64,000 nucleotides of DNA from Octopus vulgaris (Eukaryota). The stretch lies in NCBI GenBank assembly GCA_951406725.2, contig OX597815.1, positions 38,192,001 to 38,256,000 of the forward strand, given 5' to 3'. Each line of letters begins with the position of its first letter. Within the stretch, counting starts at the first letter, position 1. The position numbers were made by a program, and so were the translations under genes. Shown here in pieces: positions 15,444 through 27,600 of the stretch. The notes under the pieces were generated by a model that was not told the origin of the DNA, did not search any database, and worked only from the letters and a program-made list of their open reading frames with translations.

Positions 15444-15996
15444 GCCCTGGTGCAGTACCAGACAGTGGCTCTCATAGCTCCTGATCTTAACTGATTGGAG
15501 GTATTATCATGTACATTGTTTTGTCTTGGTATAAAATATGGGCTACAGCAAATATTCTGCTCAATACCACAGATTTGTTTGACAGTTGTTTGACCTTAAC
15601 CAGCTGAGCATGTCCCTTGGTGGCTGACGATATCTGCGTCTCTAATCACGAGCAGAAGTAGTGGGTGTGCATCATAGCCATGTGTTGAGAGGAATTATTT
15701 TCTGTTCGAAATTTCACTTCTGGAAACATGGATGCTTCGTTCAACCTCCTTAAGCAAACCTTATTCAAGGATCTTTTGTGCTGGATAGGCTACTCGAGCT
15801 GAAGAAAATTCTAACTGGGCCTCACCTGTAAGTTTATGCACTGTTTATGTGGATATTATTTCACCATGTCATGCACATATGGCTGTAATACATGTGCTTC
15901 GTGAATCCTTAGCAGACGGGTAGTCGTGATGGGTTTATTGGGCTTCGTATATTTTACCCCAGTGTCACTTCGATGGCATGCACTTCTCTCTCACTC

Positions 15997-15998
<2 letters not shown>
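15442..15998 (+). mobile_element. ~555-bp non-coding interspersed element flanked by (TAA)n
   Basis: Aligns end to end with 61607..62163. Truncated copies at 16075..16224 and 38030..38280 (-). Strand assigned from the truncation pattern. Confidence 0.85.
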
Positions 15999-16074
<76 letters not shown>

Positions 16075-16075
<1 letters not shown>

Positions 16076-16224
16076 TCTTGATATGAGATCACCATGTCGC
16101 GCACATATGGTTGTGATGCATGTGCCTGGTGTACCTTTATCAGACGGGTAGTCATGATGGGTATATTGGGCTTCGTATATTTTACCCCAGTGTCACTTTG
16201 ATGGCATGAACTGCTCTCTCACTC
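16075..16224 (+). mobile_element. Truncated copy of the 555-bp (TAA)n-flanked element
   Basis: tcttgatatgagatcaccatgtcgcgcac...ctctctcactc followed by (AAT)n. Confidence 0.85.
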
Positions 16225-16331
<107 letters not shown>

Positions 16332-16379
16332 GGAGGAGGAGGAGGAGGAGGAGTAGGAGGAGGATAGGATAAGTCGATA

Positions 16380-17130
16380 GAAACGTAAGTTATTCAGATT
16401 AAAAGAGGAAAATCTTACTCATATAGTCGGGGATTTTAACATACTGGCCCAGAAAGAATAGAAGAAAAGACATGACATCCTAAGGAGAAAATAATTCGCT
16501 GGGTGTTATGTAGAAAGCTAGGATTTGACCATAATGATAAATGGTATAAACATGAACCTAGTAGAGAGCTAGATATTTAAGAAATTTTAGATGTTGTGGA
16601 ACTTTTACATTCAGACGGGTAGAGTAATAGAAGCTCGAATGCCTGATTTAGTAGTAGTAGATAAAGAGAATAGAAATTGCCAGATGATTGACTTTACAGT
16701 CCCAAATGAGGAAAAGATCAATATGCAAAGAATAGCAAAATATCAGGACCTAGTTATTGAATAAAAAGTGAATAAAAATATTGATTAAAAAGTGCCAGAT
16801 AATTGACATTACAGTCCCAAATGACGAGAAAGTCAATATGAGAGGTATAGAGAAAATTGCTAAGTACCAGGACCTAGTCATTGAGTTACAGATACTATGG
16901 AAAGTGAGGGTAAAATGTATCCCTATAGTTATAGGTGCATTGGGAGCTATCCCTGAAGATTTCAGCAGATGGGTAGAGGCAATAGGCATTAAACCCACAG
17001 TTTAGTACAGTGTTATTAGGGACAACTAGGATACTTCGGAGTGTTCTTGGCATATAAAGTTATTTGTTGTAGCCTGATGTTAGGAATTTTCTTTTCCAAA
17101 TGTCTAATCTGTTGAGCGTATATGAAATCA
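16380..17130 (+). mobile_element. Dong/R4 LINE 3' fragment (RLE domain) with an internal ~120-bp duplication
   Basis: CQIIDITVPND...EKIAKYQDL...PIVIGALG. The ACAGTCCCAAATGA...CAGGACCTAGT block occurs twice (~16680 and ~16795). (TAA)n tail. Confidence 0.8.
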
Positions 17131-17164
17131 TAACAATAATGATAATAATAATAATGTTTTAATA

Positions 17165-17325
17165 AAGTTTCGGCGCAAGGTCAAAAAGTTCATGGGAGGG
17201 TGGAAGTCGGTTACCTCGACCTTAGTGCTCACCTGGTACTTATTTTATCGACCCCGAAAGGATGTAAAGCAAAGCTGGCCTCGGTGGAATTTGAACTCAG
17301 AACGTAAAGACGGACGAAATGCGCC
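17165..17325 (-). mobile_element. SINE family B (partial)
   Basis: tatcgaccccgaaaggatg...ggaatttgaactcagaacgtaaagac. Confidence 0.75.
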
Positions 17326-18469
17326 AAATCTAATTCTTATATCAGATTGGTGTGTGGCGGGGGATAACCTACCTCGAGATGATCTAACCCCTCTGAGCCC
17401 CTTCAAGCAAACTTGACTGTGAACAAGTCTTCAGATATTAGTTCATCTTTCGTTTCTTCGGTTTTTCTAGCTGCCACGTTTTAAAATGTGTTAGTGTGGG
17501 ACGCAGTTCAGGATAATATCCCTAGGTGAGAGAAGACAGACCTCTCTGAGTTTTGTGTTTTTATAAACAAACCCGTCTAGAGAGCAGCACAAGCAACTAC
17601 CATTCACAGTAAGAATAAAATGGTATACTAAATATCATGTAAATGCTTAGATCAAACTAATCATAACGCGCTGTCCTTTCTGTGGGTTACCAAGCTCCCC
17701 ATCTCTCAGTCCTACACAAGGATGGAATCGGAAAATGTACTTCTGGGGGAAAACTGCCAACATAATAAGCTAAGGGTATCAAAAATAGAAAATCCCCAAC
17801 ACTGAACCATTGGAACATATACCATAAAATAACACCAGAAATCAAAGCACAAAGCAGAGAACGAAAGGGCTATAAAGAAGTATGGAATGCCTTTTACACA
17901 GCACTGAATTAATCACACCGTAATATTTACTCTGTAGATACACGCAGCGGAGATAAAATCACAGGCGGAAACCCACAAATAAATATGAACACGAATAAGC
18001 TGGGTAAAACATGAAGAGACATACTAAGAAAGAAAAATCTCACTGAAGCTGTAATAAGAACACAAATCATCCAAGAACACGAGAGAGTCTTACGAGATGA
18101 AACAAACAATGCTAGAAGTACCTGTAATAGATATATATAGCATAACTCAATAAGAAACCAGTCAGCGAGTACGATGCGATCAGAAACTACGAAGGCAATG
18201 AAGAAAATAACAATCAGGTCTCAGAAAATGACGAGAATGAAGATGATATCTCACTTCTTGGAGAACATAAGAAAAAATCAAAGGAGCCAAAGAAGATATT
18301 ATCTGAGAATTTAATATAATCCTACGCACCAAAATCTAAAGTTCTAAAAACAAAAAGAAAATCGCATACTAGATTAAAGTGCATAATCCAGGAATAAAAG
18401 AAATTCCGAGTGAAGATAAAACTGCGCTAAAATGTATCAATAGCCTTGTATCAGAGTATCACAGTATCG

Positions 18470-18690
18470 AACAGCCCATCAGATGTTACTGCATACCGCT
18501 GGTCACAATGCCCTTCCAATTTTGTCTTGATTGCGCCATTCTTTCCTATCTTGATCAAAATTGCTTGACCAAATCATCTTATCATCGTGGACGCCTTCCA
18601 AGAGGTTTTTTCCGATCCCTTGCATACCACTCGGCAACTGCTCGGGTCTGTCTCTTGTCTGTGAACCTTGCGACATGTCCGGCCCAGCGG
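18470..18690 (-). mobile_element. RTE-clade LINE 3' end
   Basis: Minus strand translates RWAGHVARFTDKRQTRAVAEWYARDRKKPLGRRPR*, the typical RTE C-terminus, followed by a short 3' UTR. Confidence 0.8.
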
Positions 18691-18733
18691 TACACTGCGA
18701 TTACATTGTTCACTGCGCTCCGTTCTCGAATTA

Positions 18734-20340
18734 CACTGGGTAACACAAGCTTTGCTTCTCTAAATGTTTTTAGTATTTCTAAGGTAATTTCTTCTCTTTA
18801 TTTTAAAACTACTCTTGAAAATTGCGTAGCAGCAATATTTTAGAAGATAATTGCTGTTTTCTAGAGAATGGAAACAAAATTTAGCTGCTATAGTACTTAA
18901 TTCAGCTTATTCCCATTGTACATTAATAGGAACTAAAAATATTTCGTCCTAATATTTATTTTTTAAACTAATGAGAAATATAAGCAAAACTCCGTTTGGA
19001 TTATAATAAGATTTTACGAGAAATGTACCGAGGATTGTGCTCTCCTATATATATATATAATATATATATATGTGTGTGTATGTGTGTGTGTGTGTGTGAG
19101 TGTGTGTGTGTGTATGTATGTATGTATATATGTACTCACCAATGACCATATATAGTCCCCCATCATTGCATTGTCCCACCTTCCTTGGTATCTTTTCTCC
19201 TCCATTGTTGCAATATCCTGATGGAATCTCTCACCATGTTCCTCACCCACTTGACTTAAGTTTTCTCGAAAAACGTCTAAATGTGAATGAAAAACGTATA
19301 CATTTAATGACATTCTACAGCCTAAATTCTTATAACTCTCAATACGTTTTTCTACGAGCTGGTAGTGGTTTGAGTCTTTATTATTACCAAGGAATCTATT
19401 GACAATATCTCGAAATCCACACCATGCCTCTCTTTCTATATCACTCATCACATTTTCAAGTTTTACTGACCTCAGCATTTTCCTTACTTGTGGTCCAATA
19501 AATATACCACCCTTAAATTTTGCCTCAGATAGCTTTGGAAGACGAATATCTTGAAATTTTTCTCCACCACGACCTAAAGCCTTTACAAACTGTTTGACCA
19601 AACACAGCTTTATGTGAAGTGGAGGTAACAACACTTTTGCATGCACTACAAGAGGTTGTCGTATAACATTTAACTTTCCTGACTGGAGGTCATCTGGGGC
19701 GGGGGCAGGGCATTCAAGCCTTCTGGTAATGTTCATGATCAGCCCTATTCTCTCATAGGCAAAGAACACTCGAATACTTAGAATACTCACCCTGTAATCC
19801 AAGTAAGAATGTAAGCATTTTAAAGTCACCATAAACATCCTTCTACATTGCCATATTCTTCCTTCATCGTATCGAGTATCCATTGTGTAATAAAGCGACT
19901 TTGAGGCTTTTTGTTGAGTTATCTATGAAAAATCACCATTCTTCAGACTTTGAGGCATTTTGTTGAGCTATCTGTGAAAAGTCGCCATTCTTTAGAGTTG
20001 TGATCAATGTCAATAGCTGTAAACAAACCATTTATATCTTTGCAGAAGCAGAGATCTTCTTTTATGTCAAAGTATACTTCGAATTCCGCATGGCGCCTCC
20101 CCTATGCTGTTCCCCAAGAGATTCCATTCATTCAGCTTGGATGCTAATTGCTCAGCTCTTGACTTAGTGAGACCCAAGTCTGTAATAAGATCATCCACTA
20201 CACGTTGATTTCAAAATTGGGGGCAGGTACTCGTTATTGGCTCAAATGTTTTATCCATTACTTTCTTGTTGCTACCTTCAAACTCTCCTGCTGAGACCTC
20301 CATCATATCTTCTACCTGCAAAATTTAAAATGTTGCATTT
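18734..20340 (-). mobile_element. DNA transposon relic, Chapaev3-like (CMC superfamily)
   Basis: LPPLHIKLCLVKQFVKAL, PKLSEAKFKGGIFIGPQVR, HSHLD..EN...GEEHGERFHQDI..ME.RYQGRW. Upstream DLITDLGLTKSRAEQLASKLNEWNLL. A CAC-starting end (cactgggtaac) lies at 18734. Family name is from recall. Confidence 0.72.
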
Positions 20341-20579
20341 AATAGTCGAAACCTTAATAAGCATGTTATGCGTAATCACATATTATTTCAATCTTGATTC
20401 TGTTACCATGAATGGAATTTGTTGCCTCATATTCAATGTGAGCCCCGTATAGACGTACTCCTTTAGCTCCTCGATTTCGTCGCTTCCCACCTCAGCTTGA
20501 CTTCGTACTACAACTTCCGACCTCATATTTTGTTTTTATGCGGTTCATTTTAAAATATACTGCTAATTTCTGAGTGTTT

Positions 20580-22180
20580 GCCTCTGTCAGCAGGGTCTGT
20601 AGCCGATCTGTGATTTCAGCAATGAATACAATATGTCAACTTCGAAACAGAGGTGGGTTAGCTGCTCGATACTGATATTCATACCCCTGTCTGAATGAAC
20701 AATAAACTTGCATACTCTACAGCAAAGCCGTTGAGCAAATACCATACTGGACTTAAAAAAGTATAAGACGTAGAAACATGTTAAAAAACAACTAAAGTGG
20801 AAAGAGAAAGTATAAAAAGAAATCAAACATCTGAAAGAATTTTCGATTGTAGATAGCTTCCATGAGGAATAAAATTAAAAAGTACAAAACAAGAAAAGTT
20901 AAAATAAATGCAAAATAGCAGAAGAACATAGTCTCCATACCATGAAATGGAACCTGAAATAACACATAGAAGTCAAAGTACAACGGATTAGAAGATATGA
21001 AAAAAGAAAATTTTCGAGATAATATTTTCCAAATGTACGCAAAAAAAGTTATATAAAATGGAGAACAACCAACAGAAATAACGGAAGCAAGTAAATGAAT
21101 AAAGTTGAGGAATTTTAGAATATTTGAAATACTGCAAAAGAATGTAACAAGGAAGCAGGTTGGATTAACGGGGTAAATGGAAGGATGAGAAATCAGGAAC
21201 AACAATTGGTTGAGATTGAAGTTGCAGAGCTAAGTCAGGCCCTTAGCGAAACAGAACTTGCTAGAAATAGCTGAAATCCCTAATCATTGCTTAAATACAC
21301 TTGCAAGAATGCACAGGGCATTAGCTAGGGAAAGGAGTAGACTAATACAAAGTCTCCTAATATTCACAGTTGGTTAACCGTAGAAACACCGTACCGCCTA
21401 CAGAAAACATTGAAAATCAGGGATAAAAAAAGACCCCAAAGAATAATAGACCTAGTACGTTGATAAAATTGTGACTTTAGTAATTGTTGAAAGAATGTAC
21501 GCTTTTTTTTTTAAGAAAAGACCATTATTCTACAAGAACAAAATAGGAATATCCAGAAATCCTATCGATGTAATAATCAACTGATGATTAACAAAATTAT
21601 ACTAATTTATTGTCGTACAGAGAATAAGAACTTCAGCGTTATATGTACTGTTTACAAGAAGTTTCGACACTTTCTCCTGTGTAAGTATTGAAGAATGTAC
21701 AAATTTACAAGATCTCTCAGGTAATCTTCGGAATGGCATGAAAATTGAAAAGCATCCTTCTTTTTCAACCATAGTTGAGGAATCATATGATCAAACAAAA
21801 TGAAGATGAATTGTGGAATTTTCCAAAGTAACTCTCCTTTGCCTATCCTGTTTTGTATGACACTCTTCCCACCTGAAAGTGAATCGGGTACCATAAGATA
21901 TGGACACCAACTGACAACAACAGCAACGATAGCAACAACAACGGCAAAATTTACCACTAAGTCTTTGTGGATGACTTGAATCTGTAAGTTAAGAATGATC
22001 AGGAATTAAAAGAATTTTTACAACGATGAAATAATAAGCGACGATGTTCGAATGGAATCTAGACTTGATAAGTGTCCAAAAGCAACATTCAAGAGAGGAA
22101 AGCTCACTGCAACATCAATTAGTAAACTTGAAATAGACACCACTATACGAGAACTGGATCGAAGCTACCAAGAACTAAGC
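20580..22180 (+). mobile_element. Heavily decayed Dong/R4-type LINE
   Basis: Remnants of KDPKNNRP, QLMINK, CGIFQSNS, FVDDL and ESRLDKCPKATFKRGKL in the same order as 12400..15385. Confidence 0.7.
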
Positions 22181-22310
22181 AGTACACTTATATTTGTGTG
22201 TATATTTCTACCTATCCCGCTTTCATTATTTCCTCCTGTCTCTCTCTCTCTCTCTATCTATCTCTCTATCTATCTCTCTATCTATCTATCTATCTGTATA
22301 TATATATATA

Positions 22311-23490
22311 TCTTTATATATATAAAACTGAGAATGTATGTCTGTCTGTGTGTTTCCCTAAAACTTGAGAACTACACAACCAATTTCATTCAAATTTTAC
22401 ACATGCCTTACCTGGGGTCCGGGGAGTGTCATCGGCAAAAGAAATTTTGAACTTTTTGCCTAGGACGAGCCCACAGCAATATCATATCTTCTCCACTATG
22501 ATTCCCTAAAACTTGAGAACTACACAACCAATTTCATTCAAATTTTACACATCCCTTACTTAGGGTCCATGTAATTTCATGGGCAAAAATAATGTTCAAC
22601 TTCTTGCCTAGAGCGAGCCCATAGCAATATCATATCTTCTCCACTATTTCAGTATTACGTGTTAAAAGTGAAACAAAAACGTTTCTCTATTTTATGTCAG
22701 ATATTTTCACTTTAACAATAAAAATAATAATAACAATTGAATTATATGTAGTAAGTAATAATTAAAATCAAACTAAAGTATAATATAATCGTAACATAAC
22801 AAAAGTAAAAATAGCAATTGGTATAAAATTGCATCAATGACTTGAACTTGAATAAGTGGTTTCACATGAATGGGAATAAATTAAAAATAAAATTAGCGTG
22901 CAGAAATGGAATAGTCCAGATGGATAATAAAAAATTAAATTAAAGAAAAGACTATTTTCTATAAAGTATACAATGTAGAGAAAGTTGATTTGAACACCTG
23001 GAGGAAAGCTCCATCGAAAAGTGTCTTGGTGCGACTATGAAAGATATCTAACCAGAGGCGGTAAATTCGCCACAATAGAAGCAAGGTTCGAGTCAACGGA
23101 GCGTGCAAGGAAGTACTCGACTCGAACTTGCAAAGTGGAAATATTTTATTTTTACCTTCATATCTGGGACGTAGGACGTGCCGGATAAAAATTAAAAATG
23201 CCCCATCCCCCACCCCAGAAGTTGAGGTAGGCTGGATTGTAGCCACACTTCTATACAAGAGGGAGGACAAGATATACAATTGATCGAAATTGCAAGAGAC
23301 GGGCTTACAATTCCAGTATGTTATATATTTTGAGTATTGTTATCACTAGCGACATCAAGATATAACTTCGTATTTTGTATTTTATGTGTAGATGTATATA
23401 TATAGATGTACATGTAATATGTACACATATATATACACATATATACATGCACTAGCACTATGACCTGGCAACGACGGGTCATAATGCTAG
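22311..23490 (+). mobile_element. Non-autonomous Helitron
   Basis: A|TCTTTATATATATAAAAC 5' end, internal ~140-bp direct duplication (22355/22503), 3' hairpin then CTAG|T, no TSD. Confidence 0.85.
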
Positions 23491-23521
<31 letters not shown>

Positions 23522-23547
23522 ATAGATAGATAGACAGACAGACAGGC

Positions 23548-23605
<58 letters not shown>

Positions 23606-23635
23606 TAAGACAGACAGGCAGACAGACAGACAGAC

Positions 23636-23689
<54 letters not shown>

Positions 23690-23704
23690 TTATAAATTAT
23701 AAAT

Positions 23705-24510
23705 ATTATTGCAATACAATAGTATTATTTTCCAGCTAGACAAAGCACCGTAAAAGAAGAAGAATAAATAGAAAATAGTGGTAGAAGAAGTAACTCGTGT
23801 TGCTGGAAATAGCAGTCGATAACAGCAGAACGCTCTGTAAAGCTTAACTCTCAAAGAAGTGTGCTGGCAAAGAAGAGTCCCCTTACATCTAGTAAAAACA
23901 CCAGATAGATGGACAACGTAGCGTGGATAATACAGTACTCAAGTTTTGGGCTCTCGTAATAGGCCTGTCATCGTAAATCCCGTTTCACCTCATTAGCTAG
24001 ATTTGCCGAAAGACGAAGGTTTAAAATATTCGTTACATCAATGCCAGTATATTCGGTTGAACGCCTAGCCGTAACAGAACCGAGATCAGTGAAAAAGTTT
24101 ATTATAAAAATTTTTAATATAATTGCAATACAGTAGTATTATTTTCCCGCTAGACAGAGCATCGTAAAGCTGGAATGATAAGTAGAAAATAGTGGTACAA
24201 CAAGGCACCATGTTTGCTGGAAATAGCAGTCGACAACCTTACGACGCTATTTAAGGTTTCACTGAAAGTATACTGGCAAAGATGTGTGCGGGCAACGAAT
24301 ATAAAATATTTCCCTCTTAACTCTAGTAAGAACACCGGATAGATGAACACCGTAGAGTGTATAATCTAGTGCACGAGTTTCAGACTCTCCTAATACGCTT
24401 GTTATCGTAAATCCGGTTAGACCTCATCAGCTAGATTCACCGTGAGATGAAATTTTAAAATATTCGTTACATCAACGCCAGTATATTCGATTGAACACCT
24501 AGCCAGAATA
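23705..24510. repeat. Diverged two-copy tandem repeat, ~415-bp unit
   Basis: attgcaataca.tagtattattttcc.gctagaca...aaaatattcgttacatcaa.gccagtatattcg.ttgaac.cctagcc at ~23708 and ~24122. Confidence 0.85.
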
Positions 24511-24590
24511 CATTCAGTGAAGCTTTACATAGCGTCGTACGTTTATCGACTGCCCTTCCAGCAAATATTGGTGTCATGTTGTACCACTAT

Positions 24591-24664
<74 letters not shown>

Positions 24665-24667
<3 letters not shown>

Positions 24668-27600
24668 CATAGCCCGGCGTTGCCCGGGTATGTAAGAGCC
24701 CCTAGTAGGCAACGACTAATCCCAATGTAGTCCTTTCCCTCCAGGGAACGAAGGTGCATGTGGACGTTGCAATGTCTTGTCTTCACTGGAATACTTCTGT
24801 ATATACGATGTTCCTAGCTGTCCGTTTGGGCGAAAACATGAAAACATCATTGCGCCTCCCAACGCGTGAACAGCCCACGTAGAGTTGACCGTGGGCGAAG
24901 CACTGTTCGCCCAAATGTAACCCAGCGACTTGTAGCGTTTGGCCTTGGGATTTATTGATGGACATTGCGAAGCAGAGTTTAACAGGAAACTGAGAACGCC
25001 TGAAGTGGATTGGTAGGTCAGCGCCCGACGGTTGAAGGTGCATCCGTGGAATGAAGAAGTCCTCTCCTTCCCACAACCGATAAGTATTGTGGCCGTTATT
25101 AAATGTGGTGCCAAATGTTTCACAACCAAACGTGTGCCGTTGCACTGTTTAGGTGGAACCAAATTCCTGATGAGCATAATGGGCGCACCGACTTTTAACT
25201 TCAGGATGTGTGGTGGCAGGCCTGGCGGTTCAAGTGAATTCAGGAATTCAACAGGATAATCGGCAAGCTGGGCGGGGTCTGCTGTCCTATCTATAGATTT
25301 GTAGACGTGGACATCACCAGGAATAGCTTCAAGTAGCTGGATATTGATGGAGTTGACGGTTGTATTTTTGGGTGCGAGAATAGCTCTGCCTGCCAGCCAT
25401 TTTAGGTCGCGTAAATTGTTTTGTAGGTCGTGGAAGACAGCGTCCCGGAGGCTAGCAGGGGTGTCGACAATGGTGCAAAGTGAGTCCAATTGAACGTAGC
25501 CATCCGCATCAGACAGCATCCTATTTTCACCGAGCGATAAGAGGTCCCTGGAGAATGCAGCGGATCCGCTGTCACCAATTAACTGCGCGCGCATGTTAGT
25601 TTGGAGGTGCAAGGGCCGCACATGTGCCCAAAGAGCTGACGACTTAAGGCACGCGCGCACGGCATCGGCACGGGTTCCTTTTGGAATAACAGGTAGAGTC
25701 TGCCTGAAGTCTCCTGAAAGAAGTAAAGTTAATCCTCCCATGGGGGCCGTAGAGTCTCTGATGTCTTGCAGGGACCTGTCCAGTGCCTCAAGGGCGCCTT
25801 TGTGTGCCATAGTGCACTCGTCCCATACGATGAGTTTGCATCTGCGCAGAATATCGGCCTGTTCTGAGTTCTTGGCGATGTTGCAGATAGGTGACTCGGA
25901 CTTTGCCAGATCGAGCGGGAGTCTGAAGGCAGAGTGGGCGGTTCTGCCACCCGGAAGCAACGTGGCCGCGATACCAGAGGAAGCTACAGCCAGGGCAATG
26001 TCCGTGTTGCGTCTGACCTCTGCCAGAATTAGTTTAGTGACGAAGGTTTTGCCAGTGCCGCCGGGTGCATCAAGGAAGAAAATCCCCCCACGTTGCTGTC
26101 TGACAGAGTCTACGATGGTGTTGTAGGCTATGCGCTGGTCTGGAAGCAGCCGTGGTTCATTATCTTGGACGTACTGGTGCAGTTCCTCAATGCAGTAGGA
26201 AGTTTCGCGTAACAATTCAGCAGACATAACATTGGCGTGTTCACGTGTGGGTGGTGGAAGGCCGTACTCTGTTAAAGCAGACCCACCCATATCGATGACA
26301 GCGTCTTCGAGTTGAATGAGCGCGAAATTGTAAATGAAGTTGGTGAACGTGATCTCGGCGGAAGGGCAGTGTTGCTGAGCCGTACGTAAGAAGTCGTGCG
26401 ACATGTCATCCCTGTATTTCATCCAGAGACTTAGTGGATCACTAAGCTGACATTTTTGAAGAAGGATTGCGAAAAGATGTCGTAGGGCCGAATGCGTTTG
26501 CAGTAAAGCACCCTCTGCCATCGTGGCGTCCCACTGGGAGTCATCCTCTAGAAGGCCAAGTCTCATACATGCTTCCCTGAAGGTGTCGCACAGAACCCCA
26601 TTGACGGTACGTATATTGGCGAAACCTGTTGGACCAGTGACCTCATGTAGAAGGAGACGGAGGTAGAAGCATTCTTGCTGGTTTGGCGGGATGTTGTAAA
26701 CTCGACCCAGGCAGGAGTCAAACTTGACGCCTGGGAAGCTTTCGACGTTTTTGCCGGATTTCCGTCGAACCCAGGTGTTTTTAGACCACACGAAGTACGA
26801 TGGGACCTGTGGGTACAAAAGCGTTCGAGCGAAGTCATCACGTTGGCATAATTTGAAGAAACCAGTCAACGTTGTGTCTTTAGGGCTGGTGGCTATCTGC
26901 ACAGCACTTTGCTCTGTGAAGTAAATCCGCTGTCCATTTTCCAAGTGTACAGCAAGCTGCACCACAGCCGGGTGTCTCTGATGGAGCGGGAAGCCGTAAA
27001 TGCGCCAAAACGCTTCGTTGCTGCTGAGGTACCGGCCAGCCAAGTAGTTGGACACTTCGTCGCGACTGGTGGTCCTCTGGATGCTGAACATGGCAGCATC
27101 GCTGCCTTTGTTGATATATTTGCAGACATATTGTATTGACCTGATGGAGCTGCAGAACTCAACGTTGACGTGGGCTTTGAATATCTTCGACAGGAGAGGA
27201 CAGTAGGGGACAATGTAGCTGTTGTCCACTTGATGTCGCCCAACCGTAATCGTGCGGCCTCCATTGGCTGGACTCCTTCGTTTGTACAGCGGATACCCAT
27301 CGCCGCCTGTTTGAGTCTCCAAAGTGAACCGTTTAGGGAATCCCTTTGAGCAGGCTAATCCGTTTTTGTAGCATGGTGTGTTGGCGTAATTTGGTCCACA
27401 GGGCCCGTGTACCATGGTAGTGCGGACAATTTCGTAGAGTCCGGGGTCCTCATCGGGGTCAGGAATCTCGGCAGAAATGAATTTGTCAATGTCATTAGTC
27501 TCGATTTTATGAGTGAGCCAAATTAAGATGTGAGCATGTGGAAAGCCCCTCTTTTGCCACTCGACCGAAAACATGTGGCACCTGACATGCCCGAAAATCT

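Noticed and set aside
17330-18470. Possible Dong 5' UTR and N-terminal region
   Set aside because: Purine-rich and LINE-like, but too decayed for me to identify a motif.
24716-25070. C-terminus of the 1735-aa ORF (ERTSSFHG...GLHWD)
   Set aside because: Out of frame after the frameshift. The conserved helicase motifs are in the 24783..25145 frame.
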